Notes: generated by a model from the sequence alone, not told the origin. Shown: positions 13,481 through 25,303, numbered from the whole stretch's first letter. The stretch: 63,010 bases of DNA, filler included, from Rhabdomonas costata (GCA_019059605.1; 50 parts of 50 records of this genome joined end to end with filler, not necessarily neighbours in it), one strand, 5' to 3'. Numbers and translations: made by a program.

Positions 13481-13795
13481 ATGATCAAAAACTTGGATCC
13501 AGCCACCTGTTGCACCACTTCTAAGACTGCGCGCGATACTCCAGAAGACATTGATTCTATTTTACGGAAAAAAGAACGCCAGTATTGTACCCTTCACACC
13601 GCACGGAACATTGCATTGATTTTTTTAGCTAAGCTCCTAGTGAGAGTGCTGAAATGCGGCAACAGCTCAGGTACATTATTTACCACAAATACATCAAATT
13701 TGCCATTTTCTCCCTATTTGTTCGTGATATTTTATGTACCGAAGGCCAATGGAAAGCTGCGCGTTGTAATGGAAGACGGTCCCACCAACAAACCC
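13481..13795 (+). pseudogene. Degenerate reverse-transcriptase N-terminal remnant (DIRS/VIPER- or LTR-type)
   Basis: FVIFYVPKANGKLRVVMEDGPTN resembles RT motifs 1-2 (F.VPK..GK.R.V.D...LN); truncated by the contig end; AT-rich decayed context. Confidence 0.5.
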
Positions 13796-16423
13796 CCNNN
13801 NNNNNNNNNNNNNNNNNNNNNNNNNNNNNNNNNNNNNNNNNTTAATTAATTAANNNNNNNNNNNNNNNNNNNNNNNNNNNNNNNNNNNNNNNNNNNNGGT
13901 TGTGTTTTGTAATCAACATAACGTGATGGCTGGCCTGGTTGCGCAGGTGGTGGTGACGAGTGGTGGTTGGTGGACCTGTTTGGCATCCAATTCATTGATC
14001 TTCTGTCCGCGGTAGGGCGTTACGATGTGGATGTGGTGACCGGTGTGGAGTGTGGCCGATCTTGGTGAACGCTCTTTGCTCAAATCCTTGTACATCCGAC
14101 GCGCGCAATACATTCTATCATGTACCTGCGTAAGGTATGCAAACGAGGTGTAGGAGGGTGTGTGGCATTATAGTGTAGAGCATGTTGGCGCACAATGATA
14201 GGTGTGTATTACCCTAGTATTGTTGTGTGTGTCCGATGTGAGCTGTGGTGTCGGCTTCATCTTGGCATTCACAAGCCCATGGTGTGTTGATGTCATCACA
14301 ATCACATCAACATAATGCGTAGTGTTGCTTCTATGCTGTGGTTTTAGTCTGATATTTACTCAAAGATTTGAAAACTTGTTCTAAGACTTCACACAACACA
14401 TCAGAACACGAGACACAGAGTACCACATGTACACATGCAACATCGACAACGCTCCACAAACCAATTGTACCCTCCGCTGTTTTAGAAAGAAGAGCCAAAA
14501 CCACTAGAAGCTGACTCTACAACCACACAAATTCCTACCAAGCACCACAAGCGTATAATACAAAACCAAGCATCCAAACAACTCCTAGCGCCTTTACACC
14601 ATACTTCAAACCATTGTATACAACCCCATACCATACACACCATACAATAAAAACAATACCCTACAACACATTACCATACAACACCTTACACTACAAACAG
14701 AACCATAACAATATAAGAAGAAGAACACACGCGCAATGAACTCTGCAAATCTGCACACCACGTAAACAGCGCATCTACACAACACACAACACCCATCTTT
14801 CACATCACACGCAGCATCCACCACACACACAACGAACCAGAAATACAGCATTATAGCAGACATGGAACACTGGAACACGACCTAAGCGGAAGAAATGAAG
14901 CAAGGCATCAAAGACACAAGAACACCACCGTGCACGCTCAGCACACAACAAAGACAGACTAAGCGATCATTAGAAGAGACATAACCCAAACCTCGTGCAG
15001 CTAGAAGATGCAATCTGAAACACAAAATCCTAACCACTACCGACACAGCACACCCACCCCNNNNNNNNNNNNNNNNNNNNNNNNNNNNNNNNNNNNNNNN
15101 NNNNTTAATTAATTAANNNNNNNNNNNNNNNNNNNNNNNNNNNNNNNNNNNNNNNNNNNNGGGGGGGTTGAGTGGTAGCAGGACTTCGTATGGTTGGGAA
15201 CGGGAGAATGGGGTGACCTCAGTGCTTGCATATTTCTTGGGCGTGGACCGGGGACAGAAACCATCTTACGCATGACACTTGGGTGCTTCTGTCCTGTGCA
15301 CGTTTTTTCTGTTTCGCTGAAGAAGTCTACTTTTGTTCTATTGTTCTCGCATTACGTGCGCGCTTGAGTGAGATAGTAGAGACAAAAAAAGCCATGTTGG
15401 AGCAAATAAGCGGAAATGCGGCGAGAAAATCCCAATCAGCACGAGACAACGCTGACGAAAAGATCTACACGACCGAGAAGAAGTCCCAACCTGAGCTGAG
15501 GAAGGGATCTGGTGCCGAGAAGAAGCAGGACGTTCCATAGCTTTCGAAGTATCTGCTGCAGAAACAATCACCAAAAGATTTCCAATACGATATTGTGAGA
15601 ACACTCCACGAAGTATGCAGATTTTATGGTCATGGGGGTTCGAAGATCGCAACGTGAGAGGATGTTGGGCGTTGGCAGGCGGAAGCAACCGCTTCAACAC
15701 AGACTGGAACACCTAGTGGACCGAAAACTTAAAGTTAAGAAGTTAAGAAGTTTAAACAACGGGTTGGAAAAAACAGCGGAAAAGAACCCAGAAGAAGTGT
15801 CTCGCGCCCAAAACATATACCACATCAATGTCGAGTTTGGATTCCAGCGACGTGCTCGTTGCACGCAAAGGAATTCACGTAACGCTCCCATCTCACCCGA
15901 GCGCACAAGCACCAGCAACAGCCACATACCTCCACGCTCACTTTTTGGTGCCGCGGAGGGCGTGGGAACTGCAGGCTCGCTGTCTCCATCGACCTTCTTT
16001 CCCAGCAAGGCAGCGATCGCACACAACACCTGACGCAATACCATGATTCACTTTTGATGTGCATATTTACAAGGAGCAAGGCAGAAGCCAAGAAAAAGGC
16101 AATTGTGGATCGATGTTACCGCAAGGAGACAGTCACACCGCTAGGCACAAGACCAGTAAGGCAGGTTGCGATCGCCATTAACCATCAACAAAGTTCACGA
16201 GGAAGCCACTTGACGGAACGGAACAACAAGCGGGCGCGACAGAACGCACCTGGCCGCGCAAATCGGCAATAGCCACCGCGAGTTCATCGACTGGAACAAC
16301 GACCTGCGAAAGACCACCAACCCNNNNNNNNNNNNNNNNNNNNNNNNNNNNNNNNNNNNNNNNNNNNTTAATTAATTAANNNNNNNNNNNNNNNNNNNNN
16401 NNNNNNNNNNNNNNNNNNNNNNN

Positions 16424-17585
16424 AGAGGAGAGGGTTGCTTCTCCGCTCTCTTCGGACCCGGAATATAATTGATGGCAATGATGACTCATCCAGTGGCAAA
16501 GTACTGGCAGGTGAAACTCAGGTCCAGATGTAACAGAAAAACATTGGTCCAAAAGTCACAAAGAACCGCTGTAAATCCTGGTCAGAGGCCCTACAATGCC
16601 CCCATTTGGCCCTTTAGCTGAGTACGGAGAAGCATCGACCGCCACGTCCATGTCCATCTTCCACAGCTGCATCGATACTCGTGGGATCTCAAGGTAGGCA
16701 GGGTACAAGTCACGGAAGACCAACCTGGAATCTTCCAGCAACCAGTGAGTTGTCAAAGAAAAGAAAGGGCCGTTTGTCCCATTGTAAAACGCCTACCTCA
16801 AAAAGCCCCCGTGCAGGGGCCCTTTTTGGACAGGTTTACCGCCACAAAGAAAACTATCAGAGGTTAGGAAAGATGAAACCGGTGCCGCCAAAAATCCTTT
16901 TTTTCACAAGACTAAACAGTTTTGTCCGGAAGACACACTGAAGACACACGGAATTTTCGACATCGCCACTGAAGACAGCTGATGACGGCGGATCTCCTGG
17001 ATCCTCGGCATAGTCATAATTGGACTTTTTAGGGTCATTTTAGACGTTTCAGGGTCAAATGGAAGTTTTCCGGCCCTAAAACTGCTGCAGCATGAACAGA
17101 ACTTCCTCTGCGGAAGGTCTCCGCGTGAGGTAAAGTATGCTTTGTGGTCAGGTGGTAAATAGTAGGGATTCGGTGGCTTTGAAGGTGAGCAAAAACGCCA
17201 GTATTCCCAAGTTACTACAGCTTTCATACCATCTACTTTGAATTTTTCCTTCAAGGCATAATGATGGCGAGCAACAGAAAAAGCAATAGATCGGCAGCAA
17301 AAAGGGCCATTTAGTTGCCTACGGCGTCGCTTTGCTCCCTGGGCGAGATCTTTGCCCAGCGGGCCCCTTTTCGACGCTGACCTCAAGGGCCAGCGTCTTT
17401 GCACAGGAAGGCGAACTTGTTTCTCAGATGGTTATGGCGCGTGTAGATTTCCAGCTGGTGGCAACTCAAGACGTGGTCACCGAAAGAATCCATGACCTGC
17501 GACGCGCGAGAGGAGAGGGTTGCTTCTCCGCTCTCTTCGGACCCGGAATATAATTGATGGCAATGATGACTCATCCAATGGCAAA
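16424..17585. repeat. Terminally redundant contig: 77-bp direct repeat at both ends (16424-16500 / 17509-17585, 1 mismatch), giving a 1,085-bp circular or tandem unit
   Basis: Both ends read agaggagagggttgcttctccgctctcttcggacccggaatataattgatggcaatgatgactcatcca(g/a)tggcaaa; no WGA tails at either end. Confidence 0.92.
17335..17585 (-). mobile_element. Degenerate C-terminal zinc-knuckle/REL-endonuclease fragment of a CRE/R2-like non-LTR retrotransposon; its upstream part lies across the repeat junction at 16424-16540
   Basis: VMDSFGDHVLSCHQLEIYTRHNHLRNKFAFLCKDAG, then after a 1-nt frameshift LEVSVEKGPAGQRSRP; matches the D..GDH.L.C....RHN..R......AG..V..E......RP(AD) signature. Confidence 0.75.
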
Positions 17586-17685
17586 NNNNNNNNNNNNNNN
17601 NNNNNNNNNNNNNNNNNNNNNNNNNNNNNTTAATTAATTAANNNNNNNNNNNNNNNNNNNNNNNNNNNNNNNNNNNNNNNNNNNN

Positions 17686-17860
17686 TGGGAGCCCACGGTG
17701 TTCAGCGTTCCGCTGGCACGGAACCAGGAGCGGACTGCCCTGGACCCAAACCAATGCCCCGCAGCAGCGACCGAGCCACCCCTGAGCCACTGCACTGGGG
17801 AGGCGCGACGGGTGCGCGAGCACGACAGCCTTCCCTCCGTCATCACCTCCTTCCCCCCAG
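17686..17860 (+). CDS. Exon fragment of unknown protein
   Basis: GC-rich open frame (PTVFSVPLARNQERTALDP...SVITSFPP) from the contig start; possible GC donor (CCAG|GCGTGC). Confidence 0.35.
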
Positions 17861-18163
17861 GCGTGCAGACAGGCACAACACGGGTGCCCATGGCTAGGTC
17901 GCAACCTTACCCCAACCGGTGCTTCCCAGGGTTTCCATTTCAGTCCCCCCCCCTGAACACACCAGCAACGCTCGCCGACCAGTTGGGTAAAGGTGCAACC
18001 GGCTACTTTTGCACCTTTTTTTTTTTTTTTAGCATCTTCGACCCCTCCGAAAACTGTGCTGGAACTGCAGTTTTTTGCACCGTCTTTTTGATCCTTTTGC
18101 ATGTTTCCGTGACTACTTTGTCGTTAATTTTTAGGACTGACATTTTCAGAAAGAAGTCACGGT

Positions 18164-18848
18164 ACTGCGGAACAGGCATTCCCGACATTCCCGATCACTG
18201 AGGTTTTGGTCGGCCACCTGGCGGCCGAGAGTGCAAAAACCGCCCACATTTAGAAAGCCCGGCTGACCTCATCTCGCTCTGGTCCAGGGGACCAAAAGCG
18301 GCACTCGACCAACAACCAACTAACAAACATTTAGTTTGAATCCGTTCCACCCCTAGGACATGTGCCGTGTTGCCGTAGAAAACGCAGAAGCGGCCAAGCA
18401 CAGTTCCAACGCCCCCTGCGCAGATGCATGTCTGGACTCATCACCCCGGTCGCTGTAAAGAGCTCCCTTGCGCTTTGCCCCTAAACGCACGCGGGAAACA
18501 CTCCAAGACAACCTTACCTCCATGGCCAGCGCGTTCGACCGGTTGCAAGCCTTCCAGATTTTTCCGTAGCAGGAGCGGATAGAGACCCTTCTCGAATGGA
18601 TAGTTCCCCCTCCCTTCACAAAAGCAGACTGGCGGACTGCGGAACAGGCATTCCCGACATTCCCGATCACTGAGGTTTTGGTCGGCCACCTGGCGGCCGA
18701 GAGTGCAAAAACCGCCCACATTTAGAAAGCCCGGCTGACCTCATCTCGCTCTGGTCGAGGGGACCAAAAGCGGCACTCGACCAACAACCAACTAACAAAC
18801 ATTTAGTTTGAATCCGTTCCACCCCTAGGACATGCGCCGTGTTGCCGT
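18164..18848. repeat. Direct repeat of at least 213 bp (18164-18376 / 18636-18848), period 472 bp
   Basis: Two copies with 2 mismatches seen; the second copy is cut by the contig end. Confidence 0.95.
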
Positions 18849-19096
18849 NNNNNNNNNNNNNNNNNNNNNNNNNNNNNNNNNNNNNNNNNNNNTTAATTAA
18901 TTAANNNNNNNNNNNNNNNNNNNNNNNNNNNNNNNNNNNNNNNNNNNNATACTTCCTGCCTTCATTGTTTAATAGGGGAGGGAAGCAGGGGGGAAGGAAG
19001 GCCCCTCTCAACTTCCTCGAACCCGAAAGTGAAGTTTGTTCTTGTGTTGGTGTGGGTGGGTGGGTGAATAGAATGTGACCTGGCGAGTTCTCTCAG

Positions 19097-19695
19097 CCGC
19101 GGTGGGCGCGTTTGCGGAGTGGGACTACTTCAAGGACGCTGACGCCACGCTTTTTGCGAAGGTTTTCACTCAGCTCCACCGGGGCTTCCATGTGCGCCTG
19201 GCCCTGCCTCAGGTGTGCCCCACCCTGCTCCCTTCGAATGGGAGGCAAGAATCATCGCTGCACCTACTGCTGCGCTGTGCCAACTCTAAAATTGGTCAGA
19301 ACCTTCCGCTCTTGTTGGCTTCCTGAGCGGCGGCTAGCGCCCAGCCATCTCCGTCGGGGCCGAAAGGTTCTTCTCTTCGAAATCGAGAGCGCACTGTGGC
19401 CCAGCTCATCCGATTTTCCTGCTTTGTAGCTTGTGTGGCCTTCCTGTTCTCCCCCCTCCTCTCATTCGTACGTGTGTGTATGCGCGAGTTGGAGGGTGCT
19501 TGTGTGCATCTGCATGCAACTCTAGGGCACCGCAGAACCCGAGAGGGCATCCGGGCCTGCCTTTGTTAGGCTCCCTGCGCGGCTGTTGCGGGATTCCGCG
19601 GAGGCATGGGACATGGTGCGGCGGATGCGGTGGCTGGACAGCCTCCTGCACACCCGGGAGCTGATCAACGTGCAGCTCAGCCCGGATCAGAAGAA
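19097..19695 (+). CDS. Two exons (19097-19212, 19570-19695) of an unknown protein
   Basis: AVGAFAEWDYFKDADATLFAKVFTQLHRGFHVRLALPQ|GTGTGC and TAG|..LPARLLRDSAEAWDMVRRMRWLDSLLHTRELINVQLSPDQK|GTGTGA; the phases do not join directly. Confidence 0.55.
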
Positions 19696-20210
19696 GTGTG
19701 ACGCCTTGCCGTCCTCATAAACAAACCTAGTAACACCCGAAAGTGATCCTGAAATGTGCTGTGGGTCAACTCAGTTCACGATGTAGCCTGCTGTTTTTGG
19801 AGGAGGGCGAGAGGACGAAAGCAGCAGTCAAAAAGATGACATACAAGGTGTTGGAAGGAAAGGGAACGGCACGTAGTCATATTTAAACGTTTCTTTGGTT
19901 TCGCATGTCTCGAGAAGGCAGGGTTTGCGAAGTGATTGCTGATTGTTGATCTGGTGATTGCATAATTATATGAAGCTGAAGTGGAACCAGGACCTCTCCC
20001 CAGATGTCGTCACCTAACCTGTGATGAAGGAGGTCCTTGGGCACACTCGCTTTGCGACGTAGAAAGGGACCACAACACCTAGCTTGGAATTACTGTGGGA
20101 ACCCACCCCCNNNNNNNNNNNNNNNNNNNNNNNNNNNNNNNNNNNNNNNNNNNNTTAATTAATTAANNNNNNNNNNNNNNNNNNNNNNNNNNNNNNNNNN
20201 NNNNNNNNNN

Positions 20211-21126
20211 GGGTTTGTGTTTCGAGACGCTGAGCATCTGGGGTACCCGTTTCGCGCAACCCCCTACCAAGTCGACCTCATCGAGGTGGGTTCCTACCTG
20301 CCCCGCTCAGGGCAGCACCCCGGACCCGGACCCGGACCCACCGGGAATCCGTCAGTGCCCGGCGTGAATCGGGCGGTGTGCCACTTGAGGCGCAAGCTGG
20401 AGGGGGCGCTAGCTGTCGCCCTGGCGAACGGACATGACTCCGTAGTCATCGCCCCGCTGGGTGCCAGCGGCGCCACCTCCGCAGTCCAGGTAGGCGCACT
20501 TCTTTGCTTGGCGCAGGCAACAGGTTTCGAATTTTGTTTGCCATCTGATCAGATCCGGCAGTCGCGCTGTGTATACTGCAGCTCTTCGTTTTCCAGATTC
20601 TGCTGCATGTACATGCGGCAAGTTTAAAGTCGCATGGCGCGTATCCACACTTTAGTTTAGCCTTATTTTTTAAGATGGAGTTTGCCCTGGCGAGGTGTGG
20701 TGGCGTGGTTTTCTGTCGTGGTTCTATTTTAACACGGAAACGTCGTCTTCTCGCATCGTGTTGTGCTGACGCCGTATTCGGTGAGATTAATATGCTGTCT
20801 TTTGAGCCCTTTCATTTTCTCTGATCCAGAAATCTGGACCATGGGCAGCAACTCTTGTTTTCTGCCACTCTCCAATAATAGGCCCATTGTCATTCATCCC
20901 TCCCGTTGTGTGCCGCGCTAACAAGTCCTTCTGCATTCTCATTCCTTCTTGGTCTTCCTCTCTCTCTGTGTGGTCTCTCTCAGGTTCCCCCGCCTCGGCT
21001 GGCGGCTGTGGTGGCAGCTGTGGTGGCGCAGTTCAACGCCCTGCTGACCTCTGTGGTGGTGGCCGTGCTGGAGCCCGCCACTGTGGCAGGAGCCGATGGC
21101 TCGGAGTTGGAGGGTGTCCAGACGAG
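20211..21126 (+). CDS. Two exons (20211-20489, 20984-~21126) of a divergent microbial-type PARG (DUF2263/TIGR02452-like) macrodomain
   Basis: VFRD...GYPF..PYQVDLI...RRKLEGALAVALANGHDSVVIAPLG...|VPPPRLAAVVAAVVAQF....SVVVAVLE follows the family C-terminal pattern; GTAGGC...CAG intron joins in phase 0. Confidence 0.65.
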
Positions 21127-22448
21127 GTTTGGGGCCGCCCCTGAAACTGTACAAGAGGAGCTGGGAGCGGGAAGGGGAGAGAGAGCCCGGAATGCGTCCC
21201 TTAGGCGGTTTTGTCAACGACTGACTTTGAAACGTGATTTCCCTTTTTATGATGGGCTGTTCTGTGAATATAACAGCTCATTGTGATCCCTGTCTCGTTT
21301 CCTCCTTTTCCTTTTACCCGCGCCCCGTGTTCAGTTTTGTGCAAAAAAAAGAACTGGGCGAACGAACACCACANNNNNNNNNNNNNNNNNNNNNNNNNNN
21401 NNNNNNNNNNNNNNNNNTTAATTAATTAANNNNNNNNNNNNNNNNNNNNNNNNNNNNNNNNNNNNNNNNNNNNTGTGTTTTTCTCCGCCACGAGTCTTGC
21501 CGAAGTAATTTTCCGTCTGAAGTGAGGTGTTCTGCACTCTGAACCTGGAGGCGGAAATCCTTAACAGCAACAATGCCTCTTGAACTCAGTGCGTGCCTTC
21601 GTGATCAAATGTGTTGGTTCTGTCAGGAAACTGGGCTGCTAGTATTTCCCGCCGCTGCCGCGAGTCTCGTAGCCAGCGCGTTTCTGATCCTCACGATGCA
21701 TATTTACTACTAGCTTCACTGCGCCCCCGGAAATTGCGGTTGCACATATTCGCTGATGTCCGTGAAATGACGATGACTGCAGGACCCGGCGCCTCTTAAT
21801 GGAGGTACCGACAAGACCGCATAAAATCCAGCAACGGTTGTGGGTCTTCCTAAGACACCCTTCGTTCGTTCGTTCGTTCGTTACAAGTTACTGAGGAGGT
21901 CGTCTATGTAAGCGCGGGAGTGAAAGTTCGACGATTACTTGAGTGAAAGGTTGACGATTAATTGAGGAAATGAAGACATTCCGAGAATGGCCTTCGAACA
22001 CAGGCTGGCTTTTGGCGGACTGCTGGTGCTGCATACCATGGTGTGGCAAATCCTACAGTCAGTACTCGCAAGTTCCCCGTGTGTGTGTTTGTGTGCGTGC
22101 GATGTGTCCCGCGTGCGACCCTTCCCAGCAGCCATCCAAAGTGTCGCCACGGAACGGTACTCCGGCCATTTAAGCGCGCCGAGGCAACTTATGTCCCTAA
22201 CCAGACACCTGCTGGTTCACATGTTCCACAGGGCACAGGGGAAGACCTGATTGGGCTGGCGCCAGAGTTGCCTGCAGCCTTCAGCCTAATGCCCAATCGA
22301 AACCACCTTGGTAGACCGTGACATGGATTCGAGCCGACTTCAGCGCCTGACTGTATCCGAACCAGTAGTTACCCCTTTACACCTAACTCAGTGCATGTGT
22401 GCTGTTGTCTCATGTATATGGGCTCGAATTCCACTGGCCCTTCCGCAG

Positions 22449-22573
22449 CTCCGGAAGTACTGCTGCAGATGCGGTACTCCCACGCCGTGGACATGTGGGC
22501 GCTGGGCGTGGTTATGTTCAAAGTGCTGTGCGGGCGCTCTCCGTTCTCCAACGGCAACGGAAACACCGCCGAG
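22449..22573 (+). CDS. Ser/Thr protein kinase exon (subdomains VIII-IX)
   Basis: (A)[32 protein letters not shown]; ttccgcAG acceptor, GTGTGG donor. Confidence 0.9.
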
Positions 22574-22736
22574 GTGTGGCAGGGTAGTAACGGGCGGGGG
22601 AGACCATGTTGCAGGGAATGAATCGTCTCCGGGCGANNNNNNNNNNNNNNNNNNNNNNNNNNNNNNNNNNNNNNNNNNNNTTAATTAATTAANNNNNNNN
22701 NNNNNNNNNNNNNNNNNNNNNNNNNNNNNNNNNNNN

Positions 22737-23159
22737 TTGTTGGTGTTTAAAAGCCTGCACGAAGATATTTCTGCGTTGCGACAGATGATTTATGAAACCC
22801 GTAATGGGGCCGATCTGGCGAACTTTTTTCTGGAGGAAAGCTTGGAAAGGCTGCGTCTGCTGAACGAGCGGAGCGAAACGCTTTACCATTGTCTGTGCTT
22901 TTTCAAGACGACATTGTTGCCAATGTTTGCGGTTGAGCTGGCAAGGACGCGATGCGAGATGGGTGCTCAGAATTCCAAGCTCATGGAGGGGCAAAGGATC
23001 TTGGACAACCTTCAGCTCCTCGTGATGGAGGAGGAAACTCTTTGCGCTGCCCAAAGCAAAGAAATTGCTCGCCTTAAAGAAGCGATGGAAGAGCGAGAGT
23101 TGATGCTCACCCAGATGCGACCTGTGACTGTTGGTGCTGCTGGCATATCACAGCCACAG
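22737..23159 (+). CDS. Exon of a coiled-coil protein
   Basis: 141-codon open frame rich in E/L/R/Q; ends at CAG|GTGTGC followed by a T-rich intron. Confidence 0.65.
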
Positions 23160-24575
23160 GTGTGCCTGTTTTTGCTTCAGCACCTTTGCTTTTTTCTTCG
23201 TTTCGATTCAGGATACAGATAAAGGCTATTTTCCTGTCTCCTTCGCCCCAAAGTTATCTCCGCCGTCGTACAATCCTGTGTCGTGCATTCAACAGTGCGC
23301 ACCTCGCTTCCTGTCACCTTCCAAATGCCAAAGACTTTCTTTGGAGGAAGCGAAAATAGCTTCCGTTTTCTGAAAGCGTTCTTGGACGGCGCAGTCCACT
23401 GGAGTCTGTCGGATCTATACCTTGAAAGTTGTGGTTGTGGGTGCATTTGTGTTCTTTTTAGGTTTTTTGTTTTTGTTTTATCCTGTTTTTTTTGTTTTCT
23501 CCCGCTTTTTTGTTTTATCCTTGCAGGGCATGGATGAACCTGACGTGTCGACGTATGCGGCCGACGCCTGATTTAACACTTTTCTTCCATTTTTGAAGCC
23601 TTTTTTGTGTGGGTGAGCTCCGTGATACGATTAATTTGTTGCTTCAAGAGCTTCTTTCGTGTGGCTTTATGAAAAATTGTTCTGATGTGACTTCTCTTTA
23701 TTTTGGTCAATGGCTTTCAAAAAGCGTCCGCAGAAACAACCGGAGGTGTAAGACGAGCGGTGCTATGTATCACACAAAGCACTGCGAAGTGCCTATTTGC
23801 TGTACTGATCCTCCTCCCTCGCCCTTTTCATTCATCTCATTTTCTCTTCACTCTCTCCCCTCTCGTCCCTCCAGTCCATTCCTTTTCGCACCCCCCACCN
23901 NNNNNNNNNNNNNNNNNNNNNNNNNNNNNNNNNNNNNNNNNNNTTAATTAATTAANNNNNNNNNNNNNNNNNNNNNNNNNNNNNNNNNNNNNNNNNNNNG
24001 GCCAGCTTTGGCTTGTGGCGTACGGTTAGGGTTCATGACGATCAAGCCCTTCTACGCCTGCAAGAGAAGAAGACTGTCATGGCTTCTCCGGTGCTCCTAC
24101 TGTTTCTCGAAAAGAAAAAAGAAAAAAGAAAAAAGAAAAATGAGGAGCCTGCAGGAGAACCTGCGCTCTCCCGATGTGCACACCTTGGGCTGGCAGCACC
24201 CCCACCCACCCATGAGGCCGTAGCCCACCTTGTCACAGTAGCCACCGGAGGGGGGGGGGGGGAGGTGAACCTGCCTTCCACTTCCCTGACTGTGCACCGC
24301 ATCTCCACCCCCTACGGTCTTTCGGTTAAGCAAACTCATGTCATACAGAGGCATCCTGGTTGTGCACATCTCTGACAACCAGTATGAGGTGCGAATACTG
24401 TGCAGACAAACTATCCATGGGCGCTTCATTGTCCACGTATGTTCAACTACCCACAGGGGAGCTTTAGGGCTGTGCGCTGGCGCTGTACCGCCCTAATGCC
24501 GCCAGCGCAGCCCAAAGTTTTACGAGGACAAACAAAAATTGAATTCAGAAATCGAGAATCACAAACCGCACAAAC

Positions 24576-25152
24576 CCTTTCTTGGCCTTAAGTTTGCACG
24601 GCCGGATGATCTCCCCAAAGCGCTGCATGCTCACAAACACGTCGTTCTCCGTGGCGCCCGCAGGAACCCGAACCAACTGAACAGGAAACTTCGCCGCATC
24701 CGCCGCACCCGGCTTTGGATTTGGCTTTTGTGTCGGTTTTGGCTTTGGTATTGGCTTTGGTTTTGGAACAGGGGGCGGATGCGAAGGGTCCATTGCCGTG
24801 ACCATGGCAGTACCACTCCCAACAAGCACAGGAGAGGCCATCAACGCGTTGTTCCTGCCCTGTTCCGCGGTAAAGGTAACAAAACCTAACCTGTAGAGAA
24901 TAGAGAAGGAAATCATAGAATATCACAACTGGCCCGTGCTTTGACGCTTTGCTTGTTTGTAATCGTTTGAGTTGTGTAGAAATACATTCTGGAAGAGCTT
25001 GTTCCCAAAGGTCCCAAAGCAGAAGGAAGCAATGTTTGCACACCCTGATGCTTGGAGGATCTGGCAGGGGCGTTGTATATGCCCGAAGCCCTTGAAGGCT
25101 GCAAAAAGCTGTGCCTCTGTTGTGCAGGTTGCCAAAGGTCCAACCCGCACCT
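24576..25152 (-). CDS. Multi-RRM RNA-binding protein, exons ~25152-25044 and 24890-24576
   Basis: VRVGPL....TEAQLFAAFKGFGHI...ASG|LGFVTF (RNP1), PK-rich linker, then second RRM VQLVRVPAGATENDVFVSMQRFGEI. The 153-nt GTGTGC..CAG intron joins in phase 2. Confidence 0.85.
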
Positions 25153-25303
25153 AACCAAACAANNNNNNNNNNNNNNNNNNNNNNNNNNNNNNNNNNNNNN
25201 NNNNNNTTAATTAATTAANNNNNNNNNNNNNNNNNNNNNNNNNNNNNNNNNNNNNNNNNNNNTCTTCCTCCCCCACGGGCACTTGTACAAACTCCGGGTA
25301 CAG

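Noticed and set aside
15940..16000. Possible RT motif FLVPRR / GNCRLAVSID
   Set aside because: Needs a frameshift and has no supporting downstream RT motifs; too weak to call.
16936..17020. Hammerhead ribozyme cores (CTGAAGA, CTGATGA) in the circular unit
   Set aside because: No correctly placed GAAA or closing stems found by eye; an Infernal/RNAMotif search would be needed to exclude this fully.
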